Source: a virus. Taken from it: a stretch of 44,563 nucleotides of DNA. The stretch is from positions 1 to 44,563 of IMG/VR virus record IMGVR_UViG_3300044515_000031; one strand, given 5' to 3'. The notes below the pieces were generated by a model. It did no database searches, was not told the origin of the DNA, and worked only from the letters and a program-made list of their open reading frames with translations. Below are positions 1-7,930 of the stretch, piece after piece (positions within the stretch are counted from its first letter, which is position 1; each line of letters starts with the position of its first letter). The translations under genes and the position numbers were made by a program.

Positions 1-127
1 CTCAGCTTCGCGCAATTTGGGAGCGACGAAAAGGGTTGGGAAGACCGCCTCTGCTTGGAGGTGAGGGCGAGCAATGGTTCGCAGAAGTTCTTCCTCAATG
101 ATCAGGACATGGTCCCCGAAACGTTCG
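1..127. repeat. Terminal direct repeat, copy 1 (identical to 44437..44563); assembly overlap of a circular or circularly permuted molecule
   Basis: Base-by-base comparison of the first 127 nt with the last 127 nt shows identity. An ORF reads through the junction in frame. Confidence 0.95.
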
Positions 128-171
128 ATGGTCTGATCTTCGAAATTCGCAGAGGGATGGGAACACTCTGA
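1..171 (+). CDS. 3' part of a junction-spanning small ORF (5' part at 44326..44563); 93 aa in the circular molecule; hypothetical
   Basis: The frame opened by ATG 44326 (GGAGG at 44317-44321) continues across the 127-nt overlap and ends at TGA 169-171. That stop overlaps the portal ATG at 171 (TGATG). Confidence 0.45.
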   Translation, partial: LSFAQFGSDEKGWEDRLCLEVRASNGSQKFFLNDQDMVPETFDGLIFEIRRGMGTL

Positions 172-1802
172 TGTCAATTCTCGACCTCGAAGTCGCCGCG
201 CCGCTGCAGGGCTACAAGCCCCGCCGCAGCAAGCGCACGCTCGGCGATCCCGGCACGTATCCCGCGGGACTGCTAAGCGGCCAGAGCTCCGGAGGCTTCG
301 CTGCCGCCAAGATTAATCGCCTGACCACGGATTTCATCGGCCAGTCGAGGTCGGCCGACCAGGACCTCCAGGGCGACAATCGCCAGCTCCGCGCGCGAGC
401 CCGCAAACTCGCGCTCGATACACCCTTCATCCGCAAATTCCTCGCGTCGCTGGTGCAGAACGTTGTCGGCCCCGCCGGCATCCTGATGCAGTCGAAGATT
501 ACCGGACTCAACGGCAAGACCACCGCCGAGACGACGCGGATCAACCAGCGCATCGAGGAGGAGTGGAACCGCTGGTGCCGTGTCGGCAACTGCACCGCCG
601 ACGGGCGTTTTTCGTGGGTTGAGCTACAGCAGATGGCCATCAAGAACTGTGGCCGCGAGGGTGAGAACCTGGTCAAGTTCGTTCTCGGACGCGACTTCAA
701 CGCCGCCGGCATCGCGCTCCAGCCGATCGACAATGACCAGCTCGACGACACCATGATGCAGGCCGACGGCGCCGGCGGCGAGATCCGCATGGGTGTCGAA
801 GTCACCCAGTATCGCCGCCCTGTCGCTTATCACCTCTGGAGCGGTCATCCCAACGACACCGTCTCCAACAACCGCACCAGGCTGCGCGTCCCCGCTCCGG
901 AGATTGTCCACACCGCCGTCTGGGAGCGTCCCGGCCAAACCCGCGGCTACACCTGGATAGCGGCCGCGATGCTCGCCATCAACCAATTTCAGCGCTACGA
1001 GGAGGCCGTAATTGTCGCGGCCCGGGCGTCAGCCGCCAAGTTCGGCGTCATCGAGACGGAGTACGCCGAGGGCATGTTCGGCGACGACGAGGACGAAGAA
1101 GGCAGCGACATCAATAGCGACGGGACCCAATACATGTCCGGCGACGCCGGCGAGTTCCTCGACCTGGGAGTGGGTAAGCAGCTCAAATTTACCGACCCGC
1201 GCTTCCCGACCAACACCCACAAGGACTTCACCCAGACCATGCTGCGCAATATCGCAACGGGCCTGCTGGAGCAATATCCATCGATCGGCAACGACCTCGA
1301 GGGCGTCAACTTCTCGTCGATCCGCGCGGGCATGCTCGAGTATCGCGACAGCATGCGCGTCATTCAGCGCTGGTTCGTCGATCACTTCTGCTGGCCAATC
1401 TTCAAGCGCTGGCTCGAAATGGCGTTGCTCACCGTGCTGTCGGACATCACACTCACCCCGCAACAGCGCGAGCAGTTCGCCTGGCGCGCTCGCGGCTGGG
1501 ACTGGGTGGATCCGGTCAAAGACGCCGACGCCGCAATCCTGCGCCTGGGTAACGCCTTCTCGAGTTACTCCGACGAGCTCGGCCTGCTCGGCAAGGACTT
1601 CGAAGCCACGATGGAGGAACGCGCCAAAGAGCAGAAATTCATTGAGGACCTGCAGACGCGCTTCGGCCTCAAGAATCCTGTCGTCCTCGGCACGGACCTC
1701 GCCGGCGACCAAGGCGGCAAGGGAGTCGCTGCCGGCGACGAGTCGGCGGCCGCGACGGCCGCGGGTGGAACGAAAGCAACAGCAAAGCCAGGAGGCAAAT
1801 GA
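171..1802 (+). CDS. Portal protein, lambda gpB family
   Basis: 543 aa. The N-terminal segment SADQDLQGDNRQLRARARKLALDTPFIRKFLASLVQNVVGPAGI has the pattern typical of lambda-type portals. Position downstream of gpA-like terminase and the gpW-like gene matches lambda. Confidence 0.85.
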   Translation: MSILDLEVAAPLQGYKPRRSKRTLGDPGTYPAGLLSGQSSGGFAAAKINRLTTDFIGQSRSADQDLQGDNRQLRARARKLALDTPFIRKFLASLVQNVVGPAGILMQSKITGLNGKTTAETTRINQRIEEEWNRWCRVGNCTADGRFSWVELQQMAIKNCGREGENLVKFVLGRDFNAAGIALQPIDNDQLDDTMMQADGAGGEIRMGVEVTQYRRPVAYHLWSGHPNDTVSNNRTRLRVPAPEIVHTAVWERPGQTRGYTWIAAAMLAINQFQRYEEAVIVAARASAAKFGVIETEYAEGMFGDDEDEEGSDINSDGTQYMSGDAGEFLDLGVGKQLKFTDPRFPTNTHKDFTQTMLRNIATGLLEQYPSIGNDLEGVNFSSIRAGMLEYRDSMRVIQRWFVDHFCWPIFKRWLEMALLTVLSDITLTPQQREQFAWRARGWDWVDPVKDADAAILRLGNAFSSYSDELGLLGKDFEATMEERAKEQKFIEDLQTRFGLKNPVVLGTDLAGDQGGKGVAAGDESAAATAAGGTKATAKPGGK

Positions 1803-2005
1803 TGGAGACACTTAGCAAAGCTCAAATTGCGGCGGCGTTCAATGAGTGGATGCGCCGCTATATCGAAGAACCGGAACGGTTTGAACGCGAGCTCCTATGT
1901 GTGCGCGCTTTCGAAAACGAGACCCTACATGGTCATGCGCCGAGCTACGGGACCGAGTGTGCCGACTACATCCTTCAGATCGCCGGTGAGCTCGCGGCAA
2001 AATGA
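1799..2005 (+). CDS. Hypothetical small protein
   Basis: 68 aa. The start overlaps the portal stop (ATGATG; alternative start at 1802) and GGAGG lies at 1791-1795. The stop overlaps the next start (ATGA). Confidence 0.5.
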   Translation: MMETLSKAQIAAAFNEWMRRYIEEPERFERELLCVRAFENETLHGHAPSYGTECADYILQIAGELAAK

Positions 2006-2262
2006 CCATCCGGGCCCAGCATTCAACCAGCGCGCCTCATGACGAGGCGTACTGGGAGCAAGCTTTCTGGGACGCTTTTTTTGCCATGCTGCAAATGGAG
2101 ACACGCGCAGAGGTGGCGGAAGCCACGATTGCGCAGATGCATAAGGACGAGGAGGCCATGCTGGTGAGGTTGGTACTGTCCACCTCCTTGGCGCGCCAAC
2201 CTCGCATGCCTACGAGATTGCCGAACGGACGATTTGACAGCAAATCGAGCAGCGCGCGATAA
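2002..2262 (+). CDS. Hypothetical small protein
   Basis: 86 aa with an ATGA overlap to the upstream gene. Its stop codon lies inside the conserved 21-nt element at 2255-2275. Confidence 0.4.
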   Translation: MTIRAQHSTSAPHDEAYWEQAFWDAFFAMLQMETRAEVAEATIAQMHKDEEAMLVRLVLSTSLARQPRMPTRLPNGRFDSKSSSAR

Positions 2263-2275
2263 CCCTGTCGCGATG
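2255..2275 (+). promoter_or_regulatory. Conserved 21-nt element CGCGATAACCCTGTCGCGATG ending in a start codon (copy 1)
   Basis: Matches copy 2 at 2710-2730 at 20 of 21 positions. It contains a CGCGA/TCGCG inverted repeat and a CGCGAT direct repeat. No Shine-Dalgarno sequence is present. Confidence 0.6.
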
Positions 2276-2692
2276 ACAACAAACAGCGAACTTAGCCGCG
2301 CTCGTATGCCATGGAGCGGCGGCATGAGCGAGTCGCAAAAGGATGCCATCCGGCTCGACAGGCAAACGATGTCCGGCGCGGCCGTCTCGCTCAAGCACGG
2401 CTGCACCCGTCAGCGCGTTCACCAGATCCTTCAGGAGCCGCGCAACGAAGCCCGGCGCGTGATCGAGGATGCGATGGGCATCGAGCCTTACGTCGATCCT
2501 CCACCGGTCGAGATCCTCGCGGAACCTGTCTCCGATGTGGTGGTCCGGTTCCGTTGCAAGAGGCACAAGAAGTTTGAGGACCTGGCGCTCCAGCAGGCCA
2601 TCCGCCGCGAAGTGCCGAATTACAGCATGATCGCCCGCAAGTACGGCCTCACTGTGGACTTGGTTTGGAAGATCAGGCGGGTGTCGATTTGA
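2273..2692 (+). CDS. Putative DNA-binding protein with two HTH-like segments, located inside the head module
   Basis: 139 aa starting at the ATG that ends the 21-nt element. AIRLDRQTMSGAAVSLKHGCTRQRVHQILQE resembles a sigma-70 region-4 / LuxR-type HTH. YSMIARKYGLTVDLVWKIRR is a second HTH-like segment. Confidence 0.6.
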   Translation: MTTNSELSRARMPWSGGMSESQKDAIRLDRQTMSGAAVSLKHGCTRQRVHQILQEPRNEARRVIEDAMGIEPYVDPPPVEILAEPVSDVVVRFRCKRHKKFEDLALQQAIRREVPNYSMIARKYGLTVDLVWKIRRVSI

Positions 2693-2709
2693 CACGTCCG
2701 GCGATCTCA

Positions 2710-2730
2710 CGCGATAACCCCGTCGCGATG
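2710..2730 (+). promoter_or_regulatory. Conserved 21-nt element CGCGATAACCCCGTCGCGATG ending in the protease-capsid start codon (copy 2)
   Basis: See copy 1. The ATG at 2728 is the last triplet of the element. Confidence 0.6.
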
Positions 2731-4866
2731 TCAAAGCTTCCCCCCACGACGAGGTACAACGGCGTTCTGCGCGAGATCTCGGCTGCCGAGGCCAAGAACC
2801 TCGACGAGCGCGGCATCCCAAAACACCTGGGCCCGCTCCAGCGCAAGGTCCAGCTCTCCGGCTACGACAAGGAAACCAACACCGTCACCATGGCCGTAAG
2901 CTCGTCGACGCCGGTCGAGCGTTACTTCGGCGCCGAGATACTGTCGCACGAAGCTGGAGCCATCAACACAGAACGCCTCAAGGCCGGCATCCCGCTTCTC
3001 TTCAACCACGACTACGACGCGCATCTGGGCCGTTCGCAAAGCTTCAAGGCGGGCGATCCACTGCACGTCACCTGCCGCTTCGGCACGAATCCCCTGGCGA
3101 TTGAGAAGGCCGGCGACGTCGATACCGGCATCCTGGTCGACGTCTCGATCGGCTACATCGTCGACGAGTGGGAGATCGAGGAGAACGCCAAGACCGGCGA
3201 ACGCAAGTACACCGCGACCAAGTGGACGCTGCTCGAAGTGTCGCTCGTCACCGTTCCGGCCGATCCCACTGTGGGCGTCGGCCGCTCGTCAGATCCCGCG
3301 CCCAATGTCCGCTCGTTCCGCAAGGTCAACGACGACGGCGAAGAAGTCGACGACGAGGATGGCGCCGCCGACGCCGATGACGAAGGCGATCGCTCCCAAC
3401 AGGCCGAACCGGCCCCAATTTTAGAAACACCCACTCCAGAAGCACAAAGGACAACCACCATGGAACCCGTCACCGCTCCCGTAGTCCCCGTCGGCCCCGA
3501 TCCGGCGGTTGTTGAAGCCAACCGTCAACAGGCCCTCCGGGCGCTGCACACGAATCATCCCAAACACTTCTCCGCAGAGCGCTTGGCTGCCGCCATCGCG
3601 CTGGGTGTCGACAACCGCAAGGCCTCGGACGCTGTTTTCGACGCCATTGTTGCCGAGGCATCGCAAACCGATGTCCCGACCATCGCGGACGAAGTTCTCG
3701 GCCGCATGAGCGAGGGGGAGCAGAAGCGCTACTCCCTACGCAACGTCTACGCCGCGGCCGTCAACGCACGCACGCCTGGCACGTTCGGCGACAAAGAGTC
3801 CGAAGCCGGCCTCGAGAAGGAAGTCGGTGAAAGTCTGCGGAAGCTTGCTACAGAGCGCGGTATCACCGCTTTTGGCGGCGGCATCCCGATTCCCAGCGCC
3901 ACCAGCCGGGCTCTCGCACAGATCCGTACCATCGCCTCCGGCGGCGGCGCGGGCACGGCAACGAACTTCACCACTGTCGAAGCCGACCCGATTGAGCTGC
4001 TTCGGTACATCACCGGTGTGCTCTCTCTGGGCGCGCGCATGATGCCCAATCTGCAGGGCACGATCCAGATGCCCCGCCAGACGGCAGCCGCGACCAGCTC
4101 GTGGATCCCTGAAGCAAGCGCGGTCACCAACAGCGATCCGACCTACGACTCGATCAGCATGTCGCCCAAGCCGCTGATGATTCAGAACAGCTACTACCGC
4201 AACTTCCTCGCGCAGTCGCGGATGTCGATCGAGTCGGAACTCAGCAACGATCGCATGAAGGTTCTTGCTCGCTCGCTCGACACGGCTGCTATCGCCGGCG
4301 CAGGAACCGGTGTCATCCCTCTCGGGGTGCTCCTCCGCTCCGGACTGGCTGCCGTTCTCGCAGGATCCACCCGTTCTGCCCTGGGTGTGTTCACCGCCGG
4401 CGCTGGCGGCGTTCCGATGACGTACGTCGACTTCATCGCGATGGAATCGGCGATCGCCACGGCGAACGCCGACATCTCCACGCTCGGCTGGCTGCTCACC
4501 CCCAAGGTACGCGGCGCTGCTCGCAGCACTCCCAAGACCCCGGGCACGGCGAGCGACTTCGTCTTCCCGGATTCGAAGAAGGGCGCCAACGGCATCCAGG
4601 AAGGCCCGCTCAGCTACAACGCACTGGCGACGTCCAACTCGGTACTCACCGGCTTCACGGCGAACAGCGTCACCGGTCTGCATGCCGTCATCCTCGGCGT
4701 GTGGGACCAGCTGATGATCGGCGACTGGGGTCTCAGCGAAGTCATCGCCGACCCGTTCACCGGCGCTTCTTCGCAGAAGATCATCATCACCGAGAACGCG
4801 TTCTACGACATCCAGGTGCGTCATCTGGAATCGTTCTGCGCTTGCGTCTCGGCGCTGCCGAGCTAA
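2728..4866 (+). CDS. Prohead protease (HK97 S78/U35 type) fused to HK97-fold major capsid protein
   Basis: The ORF is open from 2665, with the likely start at ATG 2728. N-terminal protease motifs are LLFNHDYDAHLG (His), VSIGY (Ser) and EVSLVTVPADP. An acidic linker follows. The C-terminal ~400 aa look like an HK97-family capsid protein (SLDTAAIAGAGTGVIPLGVL and others). An in-frame internal ATG at 3460 has AAAGGA 8 nt upstream. Confidence 0.8.
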   Translation: MSKLPPTTRYNGVLREISAAEAKNLDERGIPKHLGPLQRKVQLSGYDKETNTVTMAVSSSTPVERYFGAEILSHEAGAINTERLKAGIPLLFNHDYDAHLGRSQSFKAGDPLHVTCRFGTNPLAIEKAGDVDTGILVDVSIGYIVDEWEIEENAKTGERKYTATKWTLLEVSLVTVPADPTVGVGRSSDPAPNVRSFRKVNDDGEEVDDEDGAADADDEGDRSQQAEPAPILETPTPEAQRTTTMEPVTAPVVPVGPDPAVVEANRQQALRALHTNHPKHFSAERLAAAIALGVDNRKASDAVFDAIVAEASQTDVPTIADEVLGRMSEGEQKRYSLRNVYAAAVNARTPGTFGDKESEAGLEKEVGESLRKLATERGITAFGGGIPIPSATSRALAQIRTIASGGGAGTATNFTTVEADPIELLRYITGVLSLGARMMPNLQGTIQMPRQTAAATSSWIPEASAVTNSDPTYDSISMSPKPLMIQNSYYRNFLAQSRMSIESELSNDRMKVLARSLDTAAIAGAGTGVIPLGVLLRSGLAAVLAGSTRSALGVFTAGAGGVPMTYVDFIAMESAIATANADISTLGWLLTPKVRGAARSTPKTPGTASDFVFPDSKKGANGIQEGPLSYNALATSNSVLTGFTANSVTGLHAVILGVWDQLMIGDWGLSEVIADPFTGASSQKIIITENAFYDIQVRHLESFCACVSALPS

Positions 4867-4884
4867 AAGACAAAACCCCACGAA

Positions 4885-4911
4885 GGGGACGGGCGCAACA
4901 ATCCCGTCCCC
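4885..4911 (+). promoter_or_regulatory. GC-rich stem-loop immediately after the capsid gene (possible attenuator or RNA-stability element)
   Basis: GGGGACGGG, a 9-nt loop, then CCCGTCCCC. No clear T-run follows. Confidence 0.4.
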
Positions 4912-4952
4912 GCAAATTTCAGCAACGCCACTTCGCTCCAGGAGCTTTCATC

Positions 4953-5303
4953 ATGTCAAGCCGTTTCCTCACCGCCGCAGCGATCGCCCTTTCCGTCAAT
5001 GCTCGATTCCCCGCCTCTGGTGTGATCGAGTCCATCTCAGCCGGCGCCGCCAAGACCATCCTGCCATCCGTCGAGGCCGCGGGCATCCGCAGCTTTGCCG
5101 ATGTGTCGGGCGAGCTGCAGTGGGTCAAGGCCAAAGATCACTTCCTGCTCGCCGGCGAGACCGTTGTGCAGGGAACCTTTGTGCAGGTCCGCGAGGATGT
5201 GGCGAAGGAGCTGTTGCGCATGGACCGTGTCACGACAGTTACCGATGCCGAACTCGCCGAAGCCAAGGCGGCAGAAGCAACGGACTCGAAGGCCAAAGCC
5301 TAA
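4953..5303 (+). CDS. Hypothetical head or connector-associated protein
   Basis: 116 aa. GGAG lies 8 nt upstream of ATG 4953. It sits between the capsid gene and the FII-like gene. Confidence 0.55.
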   Translation: MSSRFLTAAAIALSVNARFPASGVIESISAGAAKTILPSVEAAGIRSFADVSGELQWVKAKDHFLLAGETVVQGTFVQVREDVAKELLRMDRVTTVTDAELAEAKAAEATDSKAKA

Positions 5304-5306
5304 GCG

Positions 5307-5624
5307 ATGGTCGGGGCCCGCGATCTGCGAGCTTTCTGCCGGCCGCCACAGGGCGTGCCGGTCGTCTTCAACGGCACGTCGACGTACACCGATGGAGATC
5401 GCGTCTACGGCATCTTCGACCGGCCTGTGCAGATCAAGCTCATGGGCGAGGGAATCGGTGGCGGCGAAGTTGCCGCTCCCGAGCTCCGGCTCCCGTTCAA
5501 CGCTTTCAACCCGATGCCGACGTCGCGCGACACCCTCACCGTCAACGGCACCGACTATACCGTTTACCCACCAACAACCGAGGACGATGGCGCGTTCCTC
5601 TGCTACGAACTGAAGGCCAAATGA
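5307..5624 (+). CDS. Head-tail joining protein, lambda gpFII-like
   Basis: 105 aa. YGIFDRP...EVAAPELRLPFNAF...RDTLTVNGTDYTV...EDDGAFLCYEL parallels lambda FII (IRGVFDDP...SPSLFVRTDEV...GDTLTIGEENFWV...PDDGGSCHLWL). Confidence 0.6.
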   Translation: MVGARDLRAFCRPPQGVPVVFNGTSTYTDGDRVYGIFDRPVQIKLMGEGIGGGEVAAPELRLPFNAFNPMPTSRDTLTVNGTDYTVYPPTTEDDGAFLCYELKAK

Positions 5625-6070
5625 GCGGCGAAATCATCGACGAGAGCCTTCAGAGCCAGATCCTCGACGCCGTCGAACTCATCCTCGGCGGGGCGGACGA
5701 GTCGGTCTACCAGTGCCGCTTTACGCCCTTCTCAGCCGAGGAGCTCGCAGGCGGCACGGACAACATCATTCCCGACGATGAGGTTCCGGAGTCGGGCACA
5801 ACCGATGACACGGATCTCCGTCACCGCTTCTTCGTCCGCCACACGTTTCAAGCCGTCGATCGGGTCAACAAAGCAGTCGACTCGCGCTACGTTCGCGCCT
5901 ACCAGCTGCTGCTCGCCGATCAGACTCTCGGCGGCCTGGTGCGGTGGACGCGCTACGCCGGCCGCAAGTGGGAGTTTGAAAAGGGCGAGCTCGATACCTG
6001 CGCCCTGGTCGTGACGTACGAAGTGGAGTTCAGCACCAACCGCAGCGACCCCTCAGTCGCCGGATTTTGA
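5621..6070 (+). CDS. Tail terminator-like protein, lambda gpU-like
   Basis: 149 aa with an ATGA overlap to the upstream gene. Position directly before the major tail gene fits gpU. The N-terminal LQSQILDAVELIL and C-terminal ALVVTYEVEF layout resembles gpU. Confidence 0.5.
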   Translation: MSGEIIDESLQSQILDAVELILGGADESVYQCRFTPFSAEELAGGTDNIIPDDEVPESGTTDDTDLRHRFFVRHTFQAVDRVNKAVDSRYVRAYQLLLADQTLGGLVRWTRYAGRKWEFEKGELDTCALVVTYEVEFSTNRSDPSVAGF

Positions 6071-6083
6071 AAGGAGTTTCACC

Positions 6084-7079
6084 ATGCATGCCACTATCGA
6101 AGAAAAGCACACAATTACCAGGATCTACGTCAACGAGGCTGGTTTCGGCGTCAAGAGCATTGACGTTGAGGCGCTGATTCGCGCGGCAAAAGAAAAGAGC
6201 CTGCTCACGCTGCAGGCCGGCGCCGAGTCCGAAGGCCTCCGCGAAGTCACGGCCGAGGAGATCGTAGAGCTCACCCGCGCGGCGGGCGGTACCGCCGAAA
6301 TCGTTTATGACGAGGCCGGCGAAATATCCGAAGTCCACGCCACGGGCTGCCGCGACATCTGCGAATACAGCGCGGACGAAATCGGAGAGGTCCTGGAGTC
6401 GCTCCAGGCCACGGGCACTCTGCCGAAGAAGCTCACCGGCGATCTCGCGCAGACCAGCGTCGGCTCCACGCTCAACATCACCGGATCGACCACTACCGGC
6501 AGCGCCGTCATCACCGCGCCGTCGAGCATCGTCGGCCTCGCTATCGGCAATCCCATCGCGGGTGCCGGCATCCCTGTCGGCGCAACGGTCACCATCCTCT
6601 CGCCGCTGACCATCTCGGCGGTCGCCACAGCAACCGCTGCCGGCATCACCATCACCGTCGAGGCCGAGCAGCAGGTTATCGGCCTGGCGGAGTGGACGCT
6701 CGACTGGAAGCGCAAGACGGCCGAGGCCACCACCACCGACGACTCCGCGTACGAGTCCTCGCTCGGATCGACGGCCAGCTGGTCGGCGAAGGCGAAGTAC
6801 ATGTTCCTGGTCGGCGACTCGTCGCAGGCAAACGCCATCACCGCGGCCATCACCACGGCGCAGGCTCCCCAGGTCTGGAACTTCTTCCCCGACGTCACTG
6901 TCGGCCACCCGGCTTACAGCGGATTCGCCTTCATCGACGGCATCACGATCGCCGCCGGCACAGGCAAGATCGTCGGCCTGGATGTTTCGCTCAAGGGCAC
7001 CGGGCCGCTGACTGTCGGCATCCAGATCGCACCTGCGGTCCAGACGTCGACCATCACCGCGCTGGAGGCCGAGGTCTAA
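6084..7079 (+). CDS. Major tail protein (V-like / TP901-1-type core) with an acidic N-terminal extension of about 120 aa
   Basis: 331 aa with AAGGAG upstream. The core WTLDWKRKTAEATTTDDSAYESSLGSTASWSAKAKYMFLVGDS is typical of siphovirus major tail proteins. An intrinsic terminator follows. Confidence 0.7.
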   Translation: MHATIEEKHTITRIYVNEAGFGVKSIDVEALIRAAKEKSLLTLQAGAESEGLREVTAEEIVELTRAAGGTAEIVYDEAGEISEVHATGCRDICEYSADEIGEVLESLQATGTLPKKLTGDLAQTSVGSTLNITGSTTTGSAVITAPSSIVGLAIGNPIAGAGIPVGATVTILSPLTISAVATATAAGITITVEAEQQVIGLAEWTLDWKRKTAEATTTDDSAYESSLGSTASWSAKAKYMFLVGDSSQANAITAAITTAQAPQVWNFFPDVTVGHPAYSGFAFIDGITIAAGTGKIVGLDVSLKGTGPLTVGIQIAPAVQTSTITALEAEV

Positions 7080-7123
7080 GTTTTTCGAGGAAGGGAGGTC
7101 GCGGAGAATCGCCAGAGCCAGCC

Positions 7124-7153
7124 ATGCCGCCTTCGGGCGGCATCGCTGTTTTT
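7124..7153 (+). terminator. Intrinsic terminator (probably leaky) after the major tail gene
   Basis: ATGCCGCC-TTCG-GGCGGCAT stem-loop followed by CGCTGTTTTT. Confidence 0.6.
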
Positions 7154-7187
7154 GACGGCTTTGCGCATAAGCGCATAGATACTGCGC

Positions 7188-7661
7188 ATGGAACTCACAC
7201 CGCAACGCGGCGCCATCGCCATCGACCTCGACCGTCCCCGCATCCTGTTTTTCGACATGGACGCCACCTGGCTCCTGATCCAGAAGTACGGCGAAAGCTT
7301 CGTCCCGGAGCTCTACACGCTGTCGGGCGGCATCGGCGATCCGCTCGCGCAGCGCGAACTCAAGCTCAAGAGCCCCGACGCCCTGGCCTACTTTCTCTGG
7401 GCCGGACTGCAGGCGGATGCGAAGGAACACGGCGAGGACCTCACGCTTGCCGAGGCACGCGCGCAGCTCCGGCCGTGGACCTATACCCGCATCTTCCAGG
7501 CTGTCGTTCTCGCACTGGTCGGCGGAACGTCGACGCCTGTACCGCCGGGAAAACCGGAAGCGCCGGCAGCGAGGCCAGCCGCCGCCGCGAAGAAGACGGC
7601 CAAGGCGAATCCGGGACCCACACGGGTTTCGACTTCTTCGAAGCGCAGCGCTGGGCGCTAG
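7188..7661 (+). CDS. Tail assembly chaperone, lambda gpG-like
   Basis: 157 aa, located between the major tail and tape measure genes. It contains the slippery heptamer in the zero frame. Confidence 0.75.
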   Translation: MELTPQRGAIAIDLDRPRILFFDMDATWLLIQKYGESFVPELYTLSGGIGDPLAQRELKLKSPDALAYFLWAGLQADAKEHGEDLTLAEARAQLRPWTYTRIFQAVVLALVGGTSTPVPPGKPEAPAARPAAAAKKTAKANPGPTRVSTSSKRSAGR

Positions 7662-7930
7662 GCGTCGCGGGCTGGAACCCCGCTCAATTCTGGAAGTCCA
7701 CGCCGCGGGAGCTGATCCTCGCACAGCAGGGCCGCAAAACCGACCTCGACCGCGCACTCCGCAACCAGGCGCACTGGATGGCGTTGCTGCTCAGCGCGCA
7801 AACTGGCGAAGCCTTCACGGCCGCGCAGCTGCTCGGCGAAGGGGAAGAGGAGCAGACGGCGCGGTTGATCGAAGCTGAGTCCGATGCTGAAGCGCTGATC
7901 GAGAAAATGAAGAGATCGGGGATCGCGTAA
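7188..7930 (+). CDS. Tail assembly chaperone G-T fusion made by a -1 programmed frameshift at 7547-7553
   Basis: The -1 frame is open from the slippery site to TAA 7928-7930, which overlaps the tape measure ATG. The predicted junction reads ...TPVPPGK/TGSAGSEAS.... Confidence 0.7.
7547..7553 (+). promoter_or_regulatory. -1 ribosomal frameshift slippery heptamer G GGA AAA
   Basis: X XXY YYZ is in the correct phase of the G frame (codons CCG GGA AAA). Lambda G/GT uses G GGA AAG at the equivalent position. Confidence 0.75.

Noticed and set aside
3736-4881. 381-aa minus-strand ORF
   Set aside because: It is an antisense shadow of the capsid-coding region.
6030-7757. 575-aa minus-strand ORF
   Set aside because: It is antisense to the major tail, G and T genes. 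It is extremely Arg/Gly/Ala-rich with no motifs. This is the typical stop-free shadow frame of GC-rich coding DNA.
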